Of a stretch of 64,000 bases of DNA, positions 58,681 to 64,000 are shown piece by piece. The stretch comes from an uncultured Thermodesulfobacteriota bacterium. Its GTDB lineage: Bacteria; Desulfobacterota; JAFDED01. Under the pieces are notes generated by a model. The model did not search any database, had not been told where the DNA came from, and saw only the letters and a program-made list of their open reading frames with translations. How positions within the stretch are numbered: the first letter of the stretch is position 1; every line of letters starts with the position of its first letter. The position numbers and the translations under genes were made by a program. Where the stretch lies: NCBI GenBank assembly GCA_964611635.1, contig CAZTAS010000001.1:25922-89921 (forward strand). The letters are read 5' to 3'.

Positions 58681-59307
58681 TTACTTGGAATAAAGCTCGA
58701 CGACAAGCTGCTCTTCCATTGGCATGGTCAGGTCTTCCCGGGCTGGGAAGGCTTTCACTCGGCCTCGCATATTTTCTTTATCCAGTTCCAGCCAGTTGGG
58801 AATACCACGCCTAGCCGCCGTCTCAAGGGATTCTTGTATCCTGGCGATATTTCTACTTTTTTCTTTCACTTCCACAGCATCGTTGATCTTCAGCAGATAG
58901 GAAGGGATATTTACAGTTTTCCCGTTAACTAAAAAATGGCCATGGCGAGTTAATTGGCGCGCCTCATTTCTGGAAGAAGAGAAGCCTAAGCGATAGACGA
59001 TGTTATCGAGCCTTATCTCCAATAAAATCAAAAGATTTTTCCCGGTGATTCCTTTCTTCCGCTCCGCGCGCACAAAATATCCATGAAACTGTCTTTCCAG
59101 AAGGCCATAAATTCGCCTGATTTTCTGCTTCTCCCTTAGCTGGATACCGTAATCGGAGACCTTTCGCCGGCCCTGACCATGTTGACCGGGCGGATAATTT
59201 CTGCGTTCTATGGCGCATTTGTCAGAATAGCAGCGATCTCCTTTCAAAAAAAGCTTAAGGCCTTCTCTGCGGCATAATCTACATACAGATTCTCGATATC
59301 TGGCCAA
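58681..59307 (-). CDS. rpsD: 30S ribosomal protein S4
   Basis: A TTG start follows [33 protein letters not shown] is present, and the S4 domain has [10 protein letters not shown]. Confidence 0.95.
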   Translation of the reverse strand: MARYRESVCRLCRREGLKLFLKGDRCYSDKCAIERRNYPPGQHGQGRRKVSDYGIQLREKQKIRRIYGLLERQFHGYFVRAERKKGITGKNLLILLEIRLDNIVYRLGFSSSRNEARQLTRHGHFLVNGKTVNIPSYLLKINDAVEVKEKSRNIARIQESLETAARRGIPNWLELDKENMRGRVKAFPAREDLTMPMEEQLVVELYSK

Positions 59308-59442
59308 GGGCCACCTCCAATATCAATTATTTCTCCCTGTTCATGTTTTGAAAACCTCAGGGGGTAAAATACCATCATTGCTCGTTTTGAAAAAAGCAGA
59401 AAAACCCTTCTTCCTGAACAGGAAACCCGTAAAGATAAATAC

Positions 59443-59841
59443 TCAGACCCTTCGACGTTTGGGCGCTCGACACCCATTATGGGGGATTGGGGTGACGTCC
59501 CGGATTAAGCTCACGGCAATACCCGTCGTTTGCAGAGATCGCAAAGCAGCTTCCCGGCCAGAACCAGGCCCTTTGACATAGACCTCAATGGTTTTCATGC
59601 CAAATTCCTGTGCCTTTCGAATTGCATCTTCAGCAGTTTGCTGTGCAGCGAATGGTGTGCTTTTACGTGAGCCCTTGAACCCCTGGCTCCCCGCACTTGA
59701 CCATGCCAGAACATTCCCGTTCTGATCTGTTAACGTGATGATTATATTGTTGAAAGTGGAATGGATATGAACAATTCCATTGGGAACGTTCTTTTTTTCC
59801 CTTTTCTTTTTTTTACCCTTCCTGGAGACTTTAACCATCAT
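59443..59841 (-). CDS. rpsK: 30S ribosomal protein S11
   Basis: [37 protein letters not shown] and [19 protein letters not shown] are present. Confidence 0.95.
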   Translation of the reverse strand: MMVKVSRKGKKKKREKKNVPNGIVHIHSTFNNIIITLTDQNGNVLAWSSAGSQGFKGSRKSTPFAAQQTAEDAIRKAQEFGMKTIEVYVKGPGSGREAALRSLQTTGIAVSLIRDVTPIPHNGCRAPKRRRV

Positions 59842-59952
59842 GCCCTCCCTTGATGTTCATCCACAATTATCAACATTGCAAAGTTATTTAAGTTATTTGT
59901 GATAAATTACATGCTGGAGCCATTGGATTGGGCAAAGAATTATCCTAAATGC

Positions 59953-60321
59953 TTACTTTTTTCGCCCAATCTGAATTTTCCTTGGACCTTTTCTTGTCCT
60001 GGCATTGGTGTGTGTTCGCTGACCCCGAACAGGCAGTGCCTTCCTATGGCGCAATCCTCGATATGTTCCGAGATCCATAAGCCGCTTTATATTCATGGAT
60101 ATCTCTCGCCGCAGGTCACCTTCCACTTTAAATCCCCCATCGATAATATCCCTGATCTTGGACACATCTGTTTCACTCAAATTATCCGTTTTGGTATCAA
60201 AGTGGATATCGGCATTTTTCAGGATTTTCCGGGATGATGAACGGCCGATGCCATAGATGTATGTCAGGGCGACTTCGATCCTTTTCCCTTTGGGAAGGTC
60301 AATACCCGAGATTCGCGCCAC
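59953..60321 (-). CDS. rpsM: 30S ribosomal protein S13
   Basis: [47 protein letters not shown]. Confidence 0.95.
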   Translation of the reverse strand: MARISGIDLPKGKRIEVALTYIYGIGRSSSRKILKNADIHFDTKTDNLSETDVSKIRDIIDGGFKVEGDLRREISMNIKRLMDLGTYRGLRHRKALPVRGQRTHTNARTRKGPRKIQIGRKK

Positions 60322-60340
60322 GATTCTCCTCCTTCACCGG

Positions 60341-60454
60341 TTAGCCTTGGCGTTGTTTATGTTTGGGGTTGTCGCAGATGACTCGAAGAACCCTTTTTCG
60401 ACGAATTATCTTACACTTATCACAGATTTTCTTGATGGATACTCTTACCTTCAC
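60341..60454 (-). CDS. rpmJ: 50S ribosomal protein L36
   Basis: This gene is not in the ORF track because it is under 60 aa. My translation from the GTG at 60454 is [37 protein letters not shown]. An in-frame ATG at 60463 would add 3 aa. Confidence 0.9.
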   Translation of the reverse strand: MKVRVSIKKICDKCKIIRRKRVLRVICDNPKHKQRQG

Positions 60455-60526
60455 TCTTATCATCCCTTTATGGATTTAAGGGTTTAATGACTGACTTCGC
60501 GAGATTCTTTATTATCTATACGTGAA

Positions 60527-60745
60527 TCACTTGGATCGGTAGGTGATTCTGCCCCGCGTAAGATCATAAGGCGAAATCTCAACAACCACCTTGTCTCCGG
60601 GCAGAATCTTAATAAAATGCATTCGCATTTTTCCGGATATATGAGCAAGAATGCGGTGGCCGTTATCCAATTCCACCCGGAACATGGCGTTCGGTAGAGT
60701 TTCAATGACGATTCCTTCCACTTCAATGGCATCAGCCTTGGGCAT
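60527..60745 (-). CDS. infA: Translation initiation factor IF-1
   Basis: 72 aa: [34 protein letters not shown]. Confidence 0.95.
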   Translation of the reverse strand: MPKADAIEVEGIVIETLPNAMFRVELDNGHRILAHISGKMRMHFIKILPGDKVVVEISPYDLTRGRITYRSK

Positions 60746-60748
60746 CCA

Positions 60749-61426
60749 TTACTCCCCACTGATGGTTTTAAGATTACGATCCACAACCTCCAGGATCCGA
60801 TTAAAGATTTCAATAATAGACCCTTGGCCGTTGATGGATCGAAGAAGACCTTTCTGTTGATAATATTGAATCAGCGGGATGGTCTGCACTTTATAAACGC
60901 GGAGTCGGGCCTGAACTGTCTCTTCGTTGTCATCTGGCCGTTGAAACAGCTCTCCGCCACAATTATCGCAAACGCCTTCCACTCTGGAAGGATCAAACAC
61001 CACATGGCAAGTCCAGCCACATTGGCGACATGTGCGTCGTCCTGCCAGCCTCTTAACGAGCTCCGCATCGTCAACATCAATATTAATGACATGATCAATG
61101 GCTTCCCCCCGCCTTAACAGGGAAGCACCCATGGCCTCCGCTTGGGCTACAGTCCTGGGGAAGCCATCCAGAATATACCCATTTTGGCAATTCGGTTGAT
61201 CAATTCTTTCTTCTACCATTCCAATGACAATGGGATCAGGGATCAGGGAGCCTTTATCCATATATTCTCGAGCCCTTGTGCCCATTGGAGTCCTTTTTTT
61301 AACAGCCTCGCGGAACATGTCGCCTGTTGAAATATGCTGACTGGAAAATCGTTCTGCCAGCATCTGTGCTTGAGTACCCTTTCCAGCACCGGGAGGGCCC
61401 ATCATTATCAACTTCATTTCTTCCAC
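60749..61426 (-). CDS. adk: Adenylate kinase (long form with a Cys4 zinc lid)
   Basis: P-loop GPPGAGKGTQ; lid CRQCG...CDNCGG. The likely start is MKLIMMG at 61417. Confidence 0.95.
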   Translation of the reverse strand: MEEMKLIMMGPPGAGKGTQAQMLAERFSSQHISTGDMFREAVKKRTPMGTRAREYMDKGSLIPDPIVIGMVEERIDQPNCQNGYILDGFPRTVAQAEAMGASLLRRGEAIDHVINIDVDDAELVKRLAGRRTCRQCGWTCHVVFDPSRVEGVCDNCGGELFQRPDDNEETVQARLRVYKVQTIPLIQYYQQKGLLRSINGQGSIIEIFNRILEVVDRNLKTISGE

Positions 61427-61432
61427 CTCAAC

Positions 61433-62740
61433 TCATCTTCTGCCTCTAATGCGCCCTGTCTTGAGGAATCCCTCGTAATGCCTTGTCAACATGTGGGATT
61501 CGATCTGGGACATGGTGTCTAAAGCGACGCCCACTACAATTAGCAAAGCGGTTCCTCCGAAGTAGAAAGGTACATTAAATTCTCGAATCAAAAAGCTAGG
61601 CATCACGCACACAGCCGAGACGTACATTGCGCCCCCAAAAGTGATGCGAGTCAGCACCCGATCGATAAATTCCGCTGTTCGTTTGCCTGGTCTGATCCCG
61701 GGAAGGTAGCCGCCATATTTTTTCATGTTATCCGCTACGTCCACTGGATTGAACGTGACGGCTGTATAAAAATAGCAGAAAAATATTATAAACCCCACAT
61801 ATAACATTGTATACAGCAGGTGTCCGGGTGCCAGATAATTAACGATGGTTTTCATCCAGGGGACACCGACAAATTGAGCGATAGTGGCTGGAAACATAAT
61901 GATTGAAGAGGCAAAGATGGGCGGGATCACACCGGAGGTGTTAACGCGCAGTGGCAGGTGGGTGCTCTGTCCACCGTACATGCGCCTGCCCACGATACGC
62001 TTGGCATATTGTACGGGAATACGCCGTTGTCCCCTCTCCATGAAAATAATGAATCCGACTACCAGCACCATGAAGGCGATTATGCCAAGGATAAAAATGA
62101 TTCCCGTTTCCCCCGTTCGCAACATGCGAAAAGTGTTGGTAGTAGCAGATGGAAAACGCGCAACGATACCCGCAAAAATGATCAGGGAAATTCCGTTGCC
62201 TATACCTCGCTCCGTAATCTGTTCACCCAGCCACATGATGAAAGCAGTACCGGCGGTGAGGGTGAGAACCGTCATGAGCCTGAACCCCCAACCCGGGTTT
62301 GCTACCACCAGTTCGCCTGCTGGACCCGTCATCCTTTCAATTCCAATACTTATTCCAAAGCCCTGAATGACGCTGAGAATAACGGTTCCATAGCGGGTAT
62401 ATTGCACTATCTTTTTGCGGCCTGCCTCTCCTTCTTTTGAAAGTCTTTCAAGGTAGGGGATTACCACAGTGAGTAACTGCAAGATAATGGATGCACTGAT
62501 GTATGGCATGATCCCCAAGGCAAAGACTGAGAGCCGTTGCAGCGCTCCCCCTGAAAAAATGTCGAAGAGCCCCAGCAACGTGCCGCTAGCCTGGGCGAAC
62601 CACGCCGCCAGTGCTTTTGCATCAATCCCTGGAGTTGGGACAAATACGCCCACCCGGTAAATCGCCAACAGCGCCAAAGTCACAAAAATTCGCCGCTTTA
62701 GCTCAGGAATTCGGGTAATATTACGTACGCCACCGATCAA
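61433..62740 (-). CDS. secY: Preprotein translocase subunit SecY
   Basis: 435 aa with 10 TM helices. [12 protein letters not shown] and the position between rplO and adk support the call. Confidence 0.95.
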   Translation of the reverse strand: MIGGVRNITRIPELKRRIFVTLALLAIYRVGVFVPTPGIDAKALAAWFAQASGTLLGLFDIFSGGALQRLSVFALGIMPYISASIILQLLTVVIPYLERLSKEGEAGRKKIVQYTRYGTVILSVIQGFGISIGIERMTGPAGELVVANPGWGFRLMTVLTLTAGTAFIMWLGEQITERGIGNGISLIIFAGIVARFPSATTNTFRMLRTGETGIIFILGIIAFMVLVVGFIIFMERGQRRIPVQYAKRIVGRRMYGGQSTHLPLRVNTSGVIPPIFASSIIMFPATIAQFVGVPWMKTIVNYLAPGHLLYTMLYVGFIIFFCYFYTAVTFNPVDVADNMKKYGGYLPGIRPGKRTAEFIDRVLTRITFGGAMYVSAVCVMPSFLIREFNVPFYFGGTALLIVVGVALDTMSQIESHMLTRHYEGFLKTGRIRGRR

Positions 62741-62741
62741 C

Positions 62742-63197
62742 TCAAATCTCCTCTATATTTCCTCCCGCTGCCTCTATCTTGGCTCGGGCCCTGGAGCTTA
62801 TCTTGTGAACTTTTACTCTAAGAGGCTTATTAATATCTCCCTCGGCAAGGATTTTAATGCCATCATCTGTTTTCCGTACTAACCCGGTGTTAATAAGTGA
62901 TTGGGGGTCCACAATGGCATTCGCCTCAAAGCGATCAAGATCGCGCACATTAAGAATATTATAGACTTTTTTATTCGGGTTACGGAACCCGCGCTTTGGC
63001 AATCTCCGCACTAGAGGCATCTGTCCGCCCTCAAAGCCCGGACGGACATTTCCGCTCGAGCGCGATCTTTGCCCCTTATGGCCACGGCAGGCGGTCTTGC
63101 CATGCCCTGAACCGGGCCCTCGGCCCACCCTTTTTGGTCTCTTTCGACTTCCTTGGGGCGGCTTCAAATTTGATAGATTCATGATATCTTTCTTCAC
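62742..63197 (-). CDS. rplO: 50S ribosomal protein L15
   Basis: [21 protein letters not shown] and GFEGGQMPL are present. Confidence 0.95.
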   Translation of the reverse strand: MKKDIMNLSNLKPPQGSRKRPKRVGRGPGSGHGKTACRGHKGQRSRSSGNVRPGFEGGQMPLVRRLPKRGFRNPNKKVYNILNVRDLDRFEANAIVDPQSLINTGLVRKTDDGIKILAEGDINKPLRVKVHKISSRARAKIEAAGGNIEEI

Positions 63198-63248
63198 GAT
63201 TAGAAATCCTCAGTCCTCCCTGGCCTTACCGACCATCGGAAAGATTGA

Positions 63249-63428
63249 TTATTCAATAATCTTAACCAGATGGCTTACTTTTCGGATCATTCCCCTGATA
63301 GCAAATGTATCGGGCAAGGTTCTCACTCGGTGCATTTTGGTCAATCCAAGCCCTTTGAGGACAGCCCTTTGCTTTCGAGGTCTTCGAATTCCGCTCCTTA
63401 CCAGTGTTACTTTAAGTTCCTGCCCCAT
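63249..63428 (-). CDS. rpmD: 50S ribosomal protein L30
   Basis: This gene is not in the ORF track (59 aa). My translation is [59 protein letters not shown]. It sits in the correct position between rpsE and rplO. Confidence 0.88.
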   Translation of the reverse strand: MGQELKVTLVRSGIRRPRKQRAVLKGLGLTKMHRVRTLPDTFAIRGMIRKVSHLVKIIE

Positions 63429-63518
63429 GGAGAAACTCCATTATATCATGCATTTGATCTCCCGACTCAATAAGTTCACGCCAGGTTAGATACCAATTTA
63501 TTCTTTATTAATTATTTA

Positions 63519-64000
63519 TTAATCCAAGATCTCGGGGACTTTTTTACCTCGCTTGGCCGCAAAAATTTCAGGTGATTTCAAACGGAATAATGCATCAAAA
63601 GTTGCCTTGATAACATTATGGGGATTATTTGAGCCAAGGCATTTTGTCAAGATGTTCAGTATACCGGCCGCATCCATCACGGCACGGACAGCACCGCCGG
63701 CAATAATTCCGGTTCCCTCAGATGCAGGCTTCAAAAAGACCCTGCCTGCGCCATATTTTCCATAGACATTGTAAGGAATGGTACTATTCTTAAGAGGGAT
63801 CTGAATTAGTGATTTTTTGGCTTGTTCCACACCTTTCCGAATAGCTTCTGGAACCTCGTTAGCCTTTCCCATACCATATCCCGCAATACCATTACGATTA
63901 CCCACTACCACAAGGGCGTTAAAGCTGAATCGCCGTCCGCCTTTGACCACCTTGGCCACGCGATTAATGTGAACAACCTTGTCCACAAGTTCCAGATCTG
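63519..64000 (-). CDS. rpsE: 30S ribosomal protein S5 (5' end beyond the window)
   Basis: [24 protein letters not shown] is present. The frame stays open to nt 64000 (..[10 protein letters not shown]..), so the true start is outside the window. Confidence 0.93.
   Translation of the reverse strand, partial: DLELVDKVVHINRVAKVVKGGRRFSFNALVVVGNRNGIAGYGMGKANEVPEAIRKGVEQAKKSLIQIPLKNSTIPYNVYGKYGAGRVFLKPASEGTGIIAGGAVRAVMDAAGILNILTKCLGSNNPHNVIKATFDALFRLKSPEIFAAKRGKKVPEILD

Noticed and set aside
1-64000. Search by eye for tRNA (GGTTCGAATCC-type T-arms), rRNA, tmRNA, SRP RNA, CRISPR repeat arrays, transposase or integrase genes (other than xerD), and toxin-antitoxin or defence gene pairs.
   Set aside because: I could not recognise any. 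Absence by visual inspection is weak evidence, so tRNAscan/Infernal, CRISPR finders and defence-system HMMs should be run to confirm.

Overview
This window is mostly core genome from a bacterium of intermediate GC content, with about 57 protein genes, most on the minus strand. Having both IHF subunits, a sigma-54 NtrC-type regulator, UPF0280 and a DHH-CBS-CCA fusion hints at a Desulfobacterota/deltaproteobacteria-like anaerobe, but that is inference only.

Gene content, left to right:
- Glycan export: a 5'-truncated polytopic membrane protein, a wzm/wzt-like ABC exporter pair and a coiled-coil SAM methyltransferase.
- A decayed radical-SAM-like remnant and an MBL-fold hydrolase.
- A signalling cassette: an FHA protein, a PP2C phosphatase and a CHASE2-Ser/Thr kinase.
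- A 1 kb AT-rich gene desert.
- Housekeeping genes: a YciO/TsaC-family protein, a DUF62 SAM hydrolase, ihfB, rluB, scpB, scpA, trpS, an M50 protease, a DHH-CBS-CCA nucleotidyltransferase fusion, xerD, mutS, a LapA-like protein, a HIT/YfcE/UPF0280 operon, dnaE and guaB.
- A 1 kb non-coding gap, then a holin-4 family membrane protein, an orphan oppF/oppD ATPase pair and tldD.
- A secreted DUF4139 protein, a DUF362 protein, a PfkB kinase, a FAD oxidoreductase, purN and purM.
- A GAF-HD-GYP protein, a peptide-binding lipoprotein, a polytopic DUF4332 protein and ald.
- A small HExxH protein, an FmdB zinc ribbon, ihfA and a sigma-54 two-component pair.
- The distal spc/alpha ribosomal cluster: rpsE-rpmD-rplO-secY-adk-infA-rpmJ-rpsM-rpsK-rpsD-rplQ.

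I could not recognise any rRNA, tRNA, CRISPR array, intact mobile element or obvious defence island.

The most unusual observation is that rpoA is absent from its near-universal position between rpsD and rplQ. Secondary points are:
- the wzt/methyltransferase module, with a 142-nt out-of-frame overlap and a 3 x 21-nt heptad repeat in the coiled coil;
- the sensor-first architecture of the CHASE2 kinase;
- two roughly 1 kb non-coding AT-rich gaps and two decayed gene remnants.

I found no convincing evidence for a wholly novel multi-gene system. Most of the window is ordinary housekeeping sequence.
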